Positions 12,181-24,933 of a stretch of DNA of 64,000 bases are shown piece after piece; position 1 is the first letter of the stretch, and the number at the start of each line of letters is the position of its first letter. The DNA is from Tubiluchus corallicola (lineage: Eukaryota; Animalia; Priapulida), in assembly GCA_030141605.1 (NCBI GenBank), contig JAQGDQ010000338.1, positions 1 to 64,000 on the forward strand. The letters run 5' to 3'. The notes below the pieces were generated by a model. That model saw nothing but the letters and a program-made list of their open reading frames with translations. It searched no databases and was not told the origin of the DNA. The translations under genes were made by a program, and so were the position numbers.

Positions 12181-12817
12181 AGCACAAGGAAACCCTTCAT
12201 AAATATAAAGCTTAAGAAATTCATCTTGAAATTTTATATCACTTACATACAGCCTTTTTACATACAGGAATTCGATTAGCAGTCACGCTATAAAAAACAT
12301 GTAAATTTAAATTCCCATTTTAATTTACTGTCCAAAATGTACATTTTCTTGCATATAAAAGTTAGTAATTGTTTCTTATATTTGAATAATTAGCTTAGAA
12401 AGTTAATTAACACAACCGAACACAGCTATTGCTTACGTTAGAAACTAATCACAGTTTGCGCAATGGTAGGCATCTTCCCTTGCGCGTCAAGCACGTTTGC
12501 GTAAGTGTCACAGTTCTGCTTAAATGCGTGATGTCACGAAAATGGGCTCTGGATCATATGACGCCCCGAAACTATCACAGCAGTTCATGATCATGCTTAT
12601 CACGGTACCACCATCTATTTGTCGGGCCATGTGAATTTGACAAAAAAGCTCCGCTGCCAATCTTAGTAGATTCAATGAGCCACTTTAAAAGTTTAACAAA
12701 ATTTGATTATCCGAGGTAATTATTATTTAATGTAAGTTTAGATTTAAAAACAGCTACTGTATATTTTAGAGCATACTTTATTCTGAAGTAATGTTTACAC
12801 AATCACCCAGTTTCCTT
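12181..12817. mobile_element. Chimeric Kolobok-like MITE (family B end joined to family A body)
   Basis: 12181-12316 matches the family B AGCACAAG end, 12310-12817 matches family A, and TTAA lies on both outer sides. Confidence 0.6.
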
Positions 12818-12836
12818 TTAAATAAATAATATTTAC

Positions 12837-12979
12837 CCTTTTGCTTCGATTGAGTCCATTTGCACTGCGACATCTTTAATGTCATCTATAATGTCGTCAG
12901 CAGTTTCTTGCTCCTCTATGGTCGATTTTTTTCCGCTGAACAAATTTTTAAACCTAGACGCATGTCGTATGCTTCGTAT
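12837..12979 (-). CDS. MRPL50: MRPL50 internal exon (IRSIRHASRFKNLFSGKK...MDSIEAKG)
   Basis: Acceptor ctgttgttag, donor gg|gtaaat. 143 bp, open and in phase with the next exon. DSIEAKG corresponds to the ESIAAKG motif. The start exon was not identified. Confidence 0.82.
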
Positions 12980-14699
12980 CTAACAACAGAAAGTTATTCA
13001 CAATTAGTAAATTTACCATAGACATTAATTTAGACTTAACAAATTTTTTATATACACTACACAACTATCCATCCAAACTAAGCCTTTAATGTCTTACTGA
13101 AATAAATGCAACAGAAAGAGCTACATATTGTAAAAATGTAGCTGTTTTCCTTTCATTTGTACGTTGCCTCTCTAGACACTCCAAAGATAACGGAACTTAA
13201 TTGGTGATGGGAAAAATTCTTAAAATGGAAATAACCAGCACCTGCTTAAGCAAAGACATAGTTTTTATTCAGATACAGACATCTGAACTGTTTCGATCGG
13301 TTATGATCAAGTTCAAGCAACAATTCATCTAAATAAAGATGCAGTGTAAAAAATTGTATCACACGGTCTGCAAGTTCTATAATTTAATTTTTGCCTTGTT
13401 TGCTTTTCACAATTTTGATTTTTGTAATTTTTATATTTGTAGAAGAAATTTTTTGTTCAATTTTTAACTTAACTTCTCTTTTCCACTGCTACTTCAGATT
13501 ATTTGGTTATCGCCGTGAAAAGAGAAATTAAATTAAAAATGCTCCATAGTCTCCACTCTAGCTCATTAAATAAATTTGACATTCACTAATTTACCTCTGC
13601 GCCTTTATGTTTTTGGCAATACCTAAAACAAGTTATATTTTGACGAAGAACATTCATCTTTGTCACATGTATTGTTATGTATAACGCAACACACATTTGC
13701 AGCAAGGCGCCATTTTGCTTTCATTGCTTACTTTTATTATGGTGCTGACACCTGTTGGCTGATTTTTCAACTGAGTGCAAGAAGCCCAATTGCCATAACA
13801 ACCTACAATTTCCCAGCGAAAGTTGCGTTTGATGCCAGTTCAGTTTTGGTATCCTTGGCACCGTATTCACGTGTGTTTTGGCTACCGTCTGCTGTGTGTG
13901 TTTTTCTTTAGTTTTTGCAGTTCCGTAAATAAATATTGCGTTCGAACTCAATGTAAATTTAGCTATAAGCTTTAGAGAAACTTCGTTGCTACAATTTTAA
14001 GTTATTTTTAGGATAAAATTGCTTTTTCAAAGTAATTTGCATTGTATCGTTTACTGCACTTCTACTTCAACTGATTTTCATAGGATTTGAAATAAAGTTT
14101 AATAATAATTTAAAATGAAAACACAATGGCTTTGCGAACTTTCTTGATTTGTGCATATCTTGTGGCCAACGTTTGCCCAATAAATTGTGCTACTCTGCAA
14201 GATTTTTCACAAGTTCTTTTATGGCAGGACCAGACCCTAGTTCATTATCGAGATGCTCCTCTGAGATAAAATACTAAACTGACAGAGATCACAGTCAAAT
14301 TCGTATGCTTGTACATCTCTAAACACCAAGAAAAAGTGAGTGGTCTCCCAACAAGTCAGTTGTCTGGCTTGGCATTGCTTAACTTTCGTAGCAGATCACG
14401 TACCTTTATCACGCACTATAGTGTATGTTCAAAGATCAACATAATTAACATATAAGATATAGCTGAATGTCCAAATGCGCTGTGTCCAAATGACGTATGT
14501 GTCAAAATATCCTTGTGTCCAAATGTCCTATGTGTCGAAACGTCTATATCGAAAGGTGTGCACACCAGTAGAATGCTCTAAGTGGCCATCGGTATTTTAA
14601 TAAATGACTATGATTCTATGAAGAAACTTATGCATTTATAATTCATGTAGAAACGTTGGAACATGGAAATGTTGGCATTGGCAGACGAATCTCACGAAT

Positions 14700-15113
14700 T
14701 TAACGTATAATTATTAAACCAACTGACTATCGAGTGATAAGTAATCACTTGCAACATATTAGAAATAGCAAAAAGGCAGTCACGGTTTCTATTTCAGTAC
14801 TCTCTCTATTACCTACTTCTCGTGAATTAGGGACACGCTCTAATAGTTACTTGTTTGCTAGATGATTGGCTGTAATACAAAACAGATTTTTCAGACTTTG
14901 TCACTAGGCGGCACTGCACGGTTGCTAAGCACTGGTAAGCGCAGCAGCCGCCCGATCAATAATTTGCCGAAAGTGAAGGTAAACTACAGCGCGCTGGTGG
15001 GGTGATTCGTAGAAGAGATGTGGCTTTGTATTTCATTTTAGTCATATAATTTTTATTGCGATGTTTCACAGTCAAACTACGAGAAGAGGAACTGGATGTC
15101 AAGCATTCTACGG
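14700..15113. promoter_or_regulatory. Probable bidirectional promoter region and non-coding first exon of the SLC16 gene
   Basis: Lies between divergently oriented genes, locally CpG-richer, ATTGG box near 14865, strong donor CGG|GTGAGT at 15113/15114. Confidence 0.4.
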
Positions 15114-16749
15114 GTGAGTTTTACTTGTTTATCATGTCAATTTTGCAAACTGTTTTGGTTTATGTACAATGAATTAATTTTAGCGTTAAATTTAGGGATT
15201 GTGTTGTTGACTGATTGCAGAATGTAGTCGATATGCATGAATACGCATCCGGCCCTACTCTACCATGTTGCTGATGCAAGCTAGCGTATATACATGTATG
15301 ATTTACCCCGAAAGGAAAATGTTATTATGAACATTGTGAAGATTTCTGCTAAGGTACTAATGTTTACAATACATAATCGCCGCGCCAATACACATAGATA
15401 CGAGACATTTTTTGCTAAGTAAGCTATAATCGCTACGTGAACCACGAGAGGAATGATTTTGCTGACTAATTTAGTTCCAAACGTACTGTGAGACTGAGTT
15501 CAGTTGCTTACGTCGTCAGTTGACAGTCTGTAGTGAGAACGATCGTACTAAAACTTTATTATAATTAAGTTATATTAAATTAAGATAAGTGAAACCTTAT
15601 TATAAGTTGATATTTAAAGCGGTTCAAACATTCGTTGTTGCCCTATTAGCAAGAGAAATAAAATGCGCGCACGTCTTTTCTCTCAAGGGCAGTGATATTT
15701 TTTTCTAAGCTACTGAACTAACAGCGCGCTATGTTGCCCAAACACTAGTTCTGGGTCGTTAAGAATGTATTCATCGTCGAGTTGTTTTTTTCACGATCTC
15801 CAAGCGAATGACAAACGTGCGTAGAACACTGTACTCACATTCTTAGATCTTCCTATCAATTTTGTCGCCGCTGACCGTCTATTGAAAGATGTTGCTGGAT
15901 TTTTAAGAAACAATATAATAGCATAATTCTTATAGTAAGCCCCCCGCCACCCCCCCCCCCCCCTGTGCATGCAATTTTTAATCGACTGACTTGTATCTGT
16001 AAAGTCTGTGAATAACTAGTCTACGAGATCGCGCATACGTGGACTTTAGTTTTTCACATAGGCCTATCCGTGCAACTAAAAATCAGTTGCAGATTACAAT
16101 TACAGCATTTGAGTGTTTTTGGAGCCCTGGTCCTACCGGGTAGGCTACAGTAGTCTGATAACAGTAGCGAAATTTCGCTCTTCCATGCTCTGCGCGTACA
16201 CCCTCAACTTCTGAATAAACTATTTATTAAGATGTCTTTTTATAAATTAACTCAAGTTGCTAAGGGCGCCACAAGAGCTTAGCCTGGCTATGATGACGCG
16301 CTAATGTATTTTTGCGAGAAGAAAGTTTAAATCTTGAATAACCGCATCTGGGAATAATCGAAATCAAGCGTTTCCGCTGCTGTTCCTGTTGCTATGCAGA
16401 ATAATAATCGATGTTGAACGTCATCATTTTGCACGTGATCAATTTCGTCAGCTTACCATTTTGCTATTGCACATTTCGCCAGTGGTGCATTCATTTTGAT
16501 ATAGTGTAGTTCATTTCACGAACAATGCATTTACCCATTTGTACACTTTTCCATGTACATCTTTCCAGTGGCACATTTTGCCAGTGTACATGTTGCCAAT
16601 TCATATTATATTTTGCCTGTTGTTATACTATGGTTGTGATGCTCTCTCTGTTGAACTATATTTTCTCATTGATTTATTTTATCAGTAGGACAGTTTGCAT
16701 GTTGCCATTGTAACCATCTTGCCACCAGGTCATTTTGCCAGTTGTACAG

Positions 16750-16918
<169 letters not shown>

Positions 16919-16933
16919 CTAGACAAAATGCTA

Positions 16934-17288
16934 GGTTTGTGGATCTATAAAATGAGAGGCCACAATATAGTAACAATAGAGAAAAATAAACACAGCAGTT
17001 ATATTTCAGCATTAATTAAGTTAGATGTTCAGCTTTCGAAACATGGTGTTCATCAGAACAAATGGTTGATTGGGTGAAATATTGTGACAGGCCTATTTAT
17101 AAGAACGGGTGAATGCCCTCAGTCACACAATAATTCCCTCAGTCAAACTTCTTTGTTCTGATGAAGATGCCATGTATCGATGACTAAACATCTAAATTAA
17201 ATTAATGTTGAAATATAACTGCTGTGTTTGTTTTCTCTAGTGTTTTTGTTACTATATTGTGGACTCTCATCTTATAGATCCACAAACC
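16934..17288. mobile_element. Hairpin insertion, probably Penelope-like pLTR-derived, with degenerate hammerhead motifs
   Basis: Arms of ~155-170 bp (GGTTTGTGGATCTATAA / TTATAGATCCACAAACC). TGTT-CTGATGA...GAAAGCT-gAACA on minus at 17026-17060; decayed copy on plus at 17154-17190. Confidence 0.55.
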
Positions 17289-18474
17289 AGAGGTGTTTTC
17301 TAATAATATTTTCAAGTATATATTTATATACTATGTATGTATGTATGTATATATATTATGTGTGTTCTATGAAGTTTTAGTTTGAAATAAAATTTTTACT
17401 TACATATTTTCGTTTCACCAACACTTGGTCTCAGGATTAAGACTTCACTACAATTTGTAAATGCTTAAAAGTAGTTTATTAGAAAATGTTGATACATCGT
17501 TGCTCTATTATATCAATGGTTCAGTTAGTCACATACCTTACTGCATTTTTTAAATAGATTTTCGTTTTAAACTATTCATTTACCATTTATTCGTTCATGT
17601 CCAACGCATCAATTCAAAACATTACAGTCACTTTAGTGAATTAGTAAAAAAACAAAAAAATAATGTTAGCCTTATTATAATACACTTGCACGACGAACAA
17701 ACAAAAATAGATACGAAAATTTAAGCCACGAGAAGTTTAAATAAACTACGTTAGCAAAAATTGAACGACTAACTTTGACAATTGCAATTACTGTTCTCCA
17801 ACATCTCAAAAACGAATGAAACGTACTTCTATATAAGTACCTATAAACTAACCAGTTCATTTGTAATGAACAAACTTCATGCACGCACATTAAAACTCAA
17901 TTTCAGTTCGTTGTTCAATGCACAAATGAAATGCTTGCAAAGAAATTATAGTACAGTAAAATTTTCCACAGCGTAAATAAATACATGCATGAATAAATAA
18001 ACAAAATCATATTCTGACAAACAAAGGAATGTGTTTGCAAACTATTTTGTTAGTAAAAGTTTCACAGTAACTGCCCCACCATTGCTACTGTACAATCAAA
18101 TAATTGATAACATAAACTAGAATGGTGGCACTCAGTCATGCAGATCCATGCGTTGACATGAACTCGCTATGAGCAAATTTATTTTGACATTTTGATCACA
18201 TGACCTTGACCTTACGGCTTTATCTCTTTTGATTCCAATTCAATTCAATTCAATAATTTTTATTTGGCTGTTTTGCAGCACAGAACATTAAACTATATAC
18301 GTAATGATAATAACAATACAATAATAAAAACAGGTACAATTTGCAAATTGTACAAATCAGCCTCGAAGAGAGCACGAGCGTGATTTTATTACAGACAGAC
18401 GCGCACACACACAAACGCTGACAAAGAGGTGATGCTTAGAACAATTAATGAAACAAGTAATTTTTAATGTGAAA

Positions 18475-18836
18475 ACGTGTATGTTAGATTTGAACCAACG
18501 ATCTTGTGTTTTCAGGCACACGCTATTACCTTTTGAGCTATTGACTCAACAGAACTGCTTTGAGATCTCACACCAGCAGTAGACAATCATTCAGAGCTAT
18601 CTATCCACTGCTAATGATACTACTCATTATATTTGAGTACATTCAACAGTGGGAGTTGACTAGGTTAGAATTGCACTTTTTTGTAGGGTTTCCAGATACA
18701 CGTTAACACAGCAGTTAGTGCAGAAGAGCCTTTTAAATGAAGGGTGTGCTGAAAAAGCAAGACTCGTTAAGAATTTGAACCCAGGACCTTGGGCTTTTCG
18801 GGCACACACTCTTGCCATTTGAGCTGCTGGCTCAAC
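18475..18836 (-). mobile_element. Two tRNA-derived SINE heads (18475-18550, 18760-18836)
   Basis: Minus strand shows A-box-like (T/C)AGCTCAAA.GG and B-box-like GGTTCAAAT at tRNA spacing; the two copies resemble each other. Confidence 0.5.
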
Positions 18837-19576
18837 ATAGCAAAGCTGGCCTGAAATCTTAGCTGAGCACTAAGCCTGCACAATCAATCGGAAATGCACA
18901 CACACACGCACGCACGCACGCAGACGTGCACACACTTCAAGACAGACGGACACAACTAAATGCCCTTCTCATGCTCTGACCACTGGCAATATGAATCACT
19001 GGTGAAATATTATAAAAAGTGCCAAAAGAACTGTTGAATGGCAAATTTATGGTCCGACAGTTATGGACAGTGGTAAAATCAGTCTGATTCTAAATGACAC
19101 TGGCTGACGAAAATGTACTTCTGGTAAAGTAGGTAGTGTGTTGGTGAAATGAATACTACAGTCATTTGCTACAATCCCAATTAACACCGACAGATGTGGC
19201 TCTGACCAAATGCCTAATGGCAAAATGACTAGTTAGCAGTATCCAGAGTGGACTAGTAAATATATGGAAATATTATTAGTGCGATGAATTGCTATACACA
19301 ATTCTCGGGTGTATTAAGAACGGAGTATTGCCAGGACAGGACGTGTATGTGCAAATTTTAACGCAAAATAGACCTCAGGCAGGATGCACTCAATAAAGTA
19401 CTGATAAAAATGCTAATGTACTTTTGGCTAATTACTGGCAAAAGAAATTTTGATGACAGGCTCATTTTCTACACTTACAAATTTTGTACTTTCAGCATTT
19501 TCAATGGAAGTCGTTGTATGACTGAACTGAAGCACTTGCCGTTTCTCTACCCACTTACACAATAGCATCGAGAATT

Positions 19577-19784
19577 ATGCAGAAACTCGAGGGCCACTCT
19601 ATACAGAAGGACCGTGGATGGGCTTGGATTGTGGACCTGTCTTCGTTCGTGACTCACGTGCTAGTGTTTGGAATATCTTTCTCGGTCGGAGTGTTTAACG
19701 TCGTGTTCTTAGAGGAGTTCCAAGAAGGTAGTGCGCTGACGGCATGGATCGGATCAATCAACACTACAGTTCTTAGCATTAGTG
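19577..19784 (+). CDS. SLC16/monocarboxylate transporter family protein, coding exon 1
   Basis: MCT signature DRGWAWIV..SSF....L.FG...S.GVF...FLEEF......TAWIGSI. Donor G|GTAAGC. Upstream UTR acceptor at ~19495. Confidence 0.93.
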
Positions 19785-19810
19785 GTAAGCTTTACTGGTT
19801 CCCTATTAGA

Positions 19811-20386
19811 AGAAAAACCGGAAGATTGTTTAGACTCAATCTCATTTTAATTTACTGTCCAAAATATACATTTTCTTGCGTATAGAAGTTAACAATTGTT
19901 TCTTAACCGGATTATTGTTTAGACTCAATCTCATTTTAATTTCTTAGAAATTAGCTGAATAATTAGCTTAGAAAGTTCATTAATGGCAACCGAACACAGC
20001 TATTGCCTTATGTCAGAAATTAACCACAGTTTGTGCAATGGTAGGAATCTTCCCTTGCACATCAAGCACTTTTGCGCAAGTGTTACAGCACTGCTTAAAT
20101 GCGTGATGGCATGAAAATAGGTCCTACTTCATATGACATCAGAAACTAATACTGCATATCGTGATCATGGTTATCATGGTACTATCTTCTATTTGTCAGC
20201 CATGTGAATGTGACAAAAAGGCGCCGCTGCCAATCTTAGTAGATTCACTGAGCCGCGCGTAGCTTTCAAAGCTTAACAAAATTTGTGTATCCGAGGTAAT
20301 TATCATTTAATCTAAGCTTTGATTTAAAATGATCTGTGCAGTTTTCAATATTTCGAAGCATTCTTACACAATGGTCCAGTTTTCCT
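19811..20386 (+). mobile_element. Kolobok-like MITE family A copy
   Basis: Colinear with 10241-10779 and ends CCAGTTTTCCT|ttaa. Confidence 0.7.
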
Positions 20387-21423
20387 TTAAACAAAAGAAC
20401 ATCTTTAAATGTCGAGCCACGCCATGCCACGTATTGTTCCTATTGTATAACCTTGAACCTTGACCTTTTGCCTGTATCAGGTAGAGGGGACCTCAAGGTA
20501 AACAACCCAATCAGATTGATGGTAATTACTATGAGACATTCCTGAGTTTATTGCAACCTTGATCTCTGAAAACCTGTGTTTGACCATTAATCTCCACCTG
20601 TTCATTTCAGGTAGATGCAAATGACCTGCTAGTGGTCAGTCTGCCCTGGTTTGGTGATACAGCATGCATTAGTCGTTTGACTCATTTCGAAATTTGTGAA
20701 ATGTAGCATCAAGCCACCACCCTTTTGGTGCCAGGGGCTCATCAAGACATTGTGACCCCCTAAGCTGATAGTTCAGTCCCACCATGGTCTCCCATACTGT
20801 TCTCTATTATGGACATTTATATATGAAGCGCGATGCACAATTAATGCATAATTAAGCCTACTTGTGGTGTATTAGCAACACTATTACCTAGTAGCCTACG
20901 TGGTTATTGTTAATTACTGATATTTATGTAGCTATTATGTATAAGCGGACTGCACAACTGCTTGTGGTGTACTACTTTTTGTGTAATAATTGTAAATGTT
21001 TGTTATGAGGCACTTATGACAGGGTCTCAGTAATTGTTTGTGATATGTTATAAAATAGTTAGCCTAGTTAGCCTTTTCGTAAATACACCTCAGTTCGTTG
21101 CATCATTGATTCATTGCCCAAATGAGGTAAGAGTTTAAGATGAGTTACCTCACCAGGTTTGGTCACTATATCTGCCATTTTTGACCACTGCCATTGATAA
21201 TTTGTGAAATAAACATGTTACATGAGAACTCATGCTTTAACTTTACTACAGGATTCTCATTAATTTTATAGCAATGATCATTTGTCAGATGCATTAGATT
21301 TGTGTGAAATTGGTGCAAGGATCGAGACCAAAACGTATTTAGCTAAACAGAGAGTTTATATTTTTCATTCCATATTTGCAAAGCTGTAAGAAATTTATGT
21401 GAAAATATTTCTATGTTTTACAG

Positions 21424-21567
21424 TTCTGGTTTCCAGTGTTTTGGTAAACCGCTTCGGCTGCCGTGTCATTGCCATCATCGGTGGAATTATTGCCGCAGTC
21501 GGATTTGTCATCAGCGCCTTTGCCACAGGCATTTTGTACCTTTGCTTGAGCTTTGGAATGGTGGTTG
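21424..21567 (+). CDS. SLC16 coding exon 2 (LVSSVLVNRFGCRVIAIIGG...LSFGMVV)
   Basis: MFS motif LVNRFGCR. Acceptor ttttacag, donor G|GTGAGT, 144 bp, phase 1/1. Absent from the supplied ORF track. Confidence 0.93.
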
Positions 21568-21734
21568 GTGAGTCCTAAGCTGGTATTGTAAGGCTATTTT
21601 ACTGAAAATCATTTATCGTCATAGATGAGCAACTTCAGTGCCTTAAAGCACAAGGAAGCACTCTTCATAAATAAAGCTTAAACATTTATTTTGAATTTAC
21701 GTGCTGCCTTACTTCGCACAGAGCTTGCGTTAGC

Positions 21735-22250
21735 AATAATACTGTTGGCATCCTTCTGTTTCGGAAGACAATGGAGTGTGCGCCAAGAGAGTCAGTTATT
21801 GATCACACTGATGGAGCTGCAGCGTCGACTGTGGCTGAGCAGTCTGATCCTTGAATGTCTCCTGGGTGCACGCCTGGGCATAGTGTATGGAGATCCTGAG
21901 TTGCCCAGACAACAGGAACCCCCTCTCTTCCTCCCTGGTGTAGTCCAAAGGAAAGCAGAACGATAAGTTTGGCACCAGGTTGGCTGTAGGAGCTGCCAGG
22001 AGTCAGTGAGCATGCTGCACTGGTCCGCCTTCGGGGCTCCACTCCTGATTTGGAAGGTTTACTCCTCTACACATGGCCGTTGGGTCACTTGACCTCCTCC
22101 GCCCTCTAACCGTTGGCTGCTTGTGCAGCTCCTTCGCCTCGTGCCGAGATACAGTGTGGGCATCCTGCAAGCCTACAGCACCTGGTATTCCTAAGTGGTC
22201 ACCCATCCATGTAAAAACCTGGCTCTACATTGGTTAACTTCGGTGATCTG
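21735..22250 (-). mobile_element. 5S rRNA-headed SINE (SINE3) with RTE-LINE-derived 3' part
   Basis: Minus 22250-22170 matches the 3' two-thirds of 5S rRNA (GATCACCGAAGTTAA...TGGATGGGTGACC...GGAATACCAGGTGCTGTAGGCT). The distal part encodes HSRIRLLSHSRRC, like the RTE/BovB ORF terminus, then ends GGATGCCAACA. Confidence 0.75.
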
Positions 22251-22273
22251 CTTAACCTAAGTTGTGAACTTGA

Positions 22274-22800
22274 AGGACAAGAAAAGGGGTACCTAAAGTG
22301 GGTCTCAGAAAAATTGCGATAAAAAATTATATTACTTTATAGCAATTTTATGCATATATCATACTCGCGTTGAAATGATTTTTTGTTTGTTTTCATTTTA
22401 AATCTCCCACAATACTGTTCTGAAGTCGCCATTGCATGACGTCAACTATGCAAACGTAAATCAGGGGAAGAAAAGGAGGGTGCGTCACTCACTAACCAAA
22501 AAACGTGTTTTTAATCTTATTGACAAGATACAGTAATTTAAAATTTTATTTAGTTTGTAAGTTGTGCTCTGTGAATGCTCTGATTATTGTTTCAAACTTC
22601 ACCCAATGTTATCTAAACTCGTTTCAAATGACTTATCGTCAAAATTGTTGCGTCTAACGTCATCACGGGAGTTTAAATTACATGATTTGTACAGCGCTAC
22701 TGCCGATTGAACTCCTGTATGGAAAAAAGCAGTATGTAAATGGTATAAAATTTCAAGATGAATTTTTAATCTTTATGTAAGTGGAGGGTTTTCTTTTGCT
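22274..22800 (+). mobile_element. Kolobok-like MITE family B
   Basis: AGGACAAGAAAAGGGGTACCT ... GGGTTTTCTTTTGCT|ttaa; colinear with 59350-59852. Confidence 0.7.
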
Positions 22801-22920
22801 TTAAACTTTAATTCACACAACTTGATTAAATACAGTATAATAAGCATGATGTTTAATGGAAACAAGTAATTAATACCGAGCATTCACAGCACTTGTTCAG
22901 TGGCATTCTTTTTGTTTTAG

Positions 22921-23661
22921 GTTTTGGTCTTGGCCTTAGCTATTTACCAGCCATTGTGTCACTGGCACATTACTTCGAACAGAAGCGCCACCTTGCTATG
23001 GGTTTAGCAACTTCTGGTCTAGGCGTCGGCATGGTGATTTACCCCCCGATTTACCGACTTCTCGTCGACGAGTATGGTTGGAGGCAAACCATGCTGTTAT
23101 CCGGAGGAATAATTCTGAATTTATGCGTTTGTGGTGCCGTGATTTTTCCAATCAAAAACAGTCATACTGCTCACCAGGGACAGAAGTCGAAATTGTTACA
23201 CATGTCCATGCTCAAGAAGGAGAATGTTACGAAACTCGCTGTAAACAATCTACTGTTTTGGTTAGGAGTATTGGCCTTATTTCTTCACATTCCGGCCTAC
23301 GCCAAGACACTAGGGATCAATGATATTTTGTCGTCGTTGTTGATAAGCACGATCGGAATTACAACGTTCACGGGACGCATCGCTTACGGATGCGTCGTTC
23401 ACTGGCTCGGGTTGTCTCCTTTCAAGATGTACGCCGGCTCATTTTTACTGTGTGGTGCAGTGACGTTTTTTGCTCCTCTTTGTACGTCGTTTGAATACCT
23501 TGCTGCATACTGTGCTCTGCTTGGGTTCTTAACTTCTTGTTATGGTGCATTGCTGCCCGCGATTGTCACGGAATATGTGGGACTGCACAGGATGGCAAAT
23601 GCGTATGGATTTCTCTACCTTTACGCTTCCGTAGGTAGTTTGTTAGGACCACCTGCCGCAG
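22921..23661 (+). CDS. SLC16 coding exon 3
   Basis: Motifs HYFEQKRHLAMGLA..G, YGWR, GRI..G and GSLLGPP. Acceptor tttgttttag, donor G|GTAAGA, 741 bp. Confidence 0.95.
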
Positions 23662-24715
23662 GTAAGATTACAATTCATAATGGATAAGATAGTGCATATT
23701 GTAATTCATGTGTATTGATTTCTAAATGGGTTTTCATAATACAAGTACACGATGATGATGATGACGATGATAATGGCAATGATGACAACATTGATGACAG
23801 CAACAATGATGACTATGATGATGATGGCCAATAATCAATCTCAGTCAACTCAACAATTGATCTCAATCAAATAGTCAATCAATAATTAAAATAAATCTCA
23901 TTGTGGCAAGTTCAATAGTAAAAATGCTTACTCCATTTTTTAATAAATGATTTCTTCTCTTAGTTTAAAATGAAAGTGCTCAAAGATGTAGTCCTCAATG
24001 AATTGAACAGTTCTTATAAAATACTTACTGCACTTATCCAATGCAATTTTTTGTGCAACCAACAATTATGGTCCTTCAAAACCAATATCAAGGAGAAACA
24101 CATCGTCCGATCTTGGACTGTCCATTGAAGGCCGTCCAGTGTTCGCCATATCGTTCAGTGACCTAGAGTACATTAGCCAACTTGATATTCTCAGTTTAAC
24201 TGCCTTTTTTGACTTAACAAATCTTGAGACTATAACCTAATTATAACATTGAAAGTGCATGAAAATGATGAGATCATGTTGGTAAGTCGACCTTGAAAGG
24301 TCACCGATGTATGCTTGGCTGTAATGTACGTGCCTGTTACCTCTGGGCATGTTATGTTGCCTAGCACTAAAAGTTGGGATTTAAGCTTACTTTTCCAGTA
24401 CTTATGGTTTCTAGGTTATTCAAACAGTTTGCAGGAAAAAAAGTCTCTCTGGCCTATACTGATAAATGTCGCTGTTTTTATCATGCTGTAAAACAAGAAT
24501 AGGCCGTATGGCACAAGTTGTTTACGTGATCGTTGAAGTAAAACCGGCTTTCAGTTGACCATATTATCTGCATGCTGTGCTGACTTAGGGAAAAGATGAG
24601 AACTAGAACCGGCTTTCTCTCAAGTTTATGACTAAACAGGTAATTATTTGCTAAACTGGTTTGACTGTTTGTTGTTTTTATTTGCTACTCAAGAATTTGT
24701 GCGCATTTTTTCCAG

Positions 24716-24933
24716 GTTGGATTTATGACGCGAGACAGACGTACCACATCTCTTTCTACTTTGCCGGCGCCGTGATCGTTTCCAGTGCTTTGGTGCTGAT
24801 GATTCCACCCATCACCGAAAGACTTGGGCTAAATCGTGGAGGCTGGTCCTCCATGAGGAAAACTCCATTGCCTACGTCCAGCAACATCCATGACAAGCTT
24901 TCCACGTATCAGCCAGAGGGCACCGTGGTTTAG
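24716..24933 (+). CDS. SLC16 last coding exon
   Basis: GWIYD....Y..SFY.AG motif, acceptor ttttccag, stop TAG. Total CDS 1311 nt (436 aa). Confidence 0.93.
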
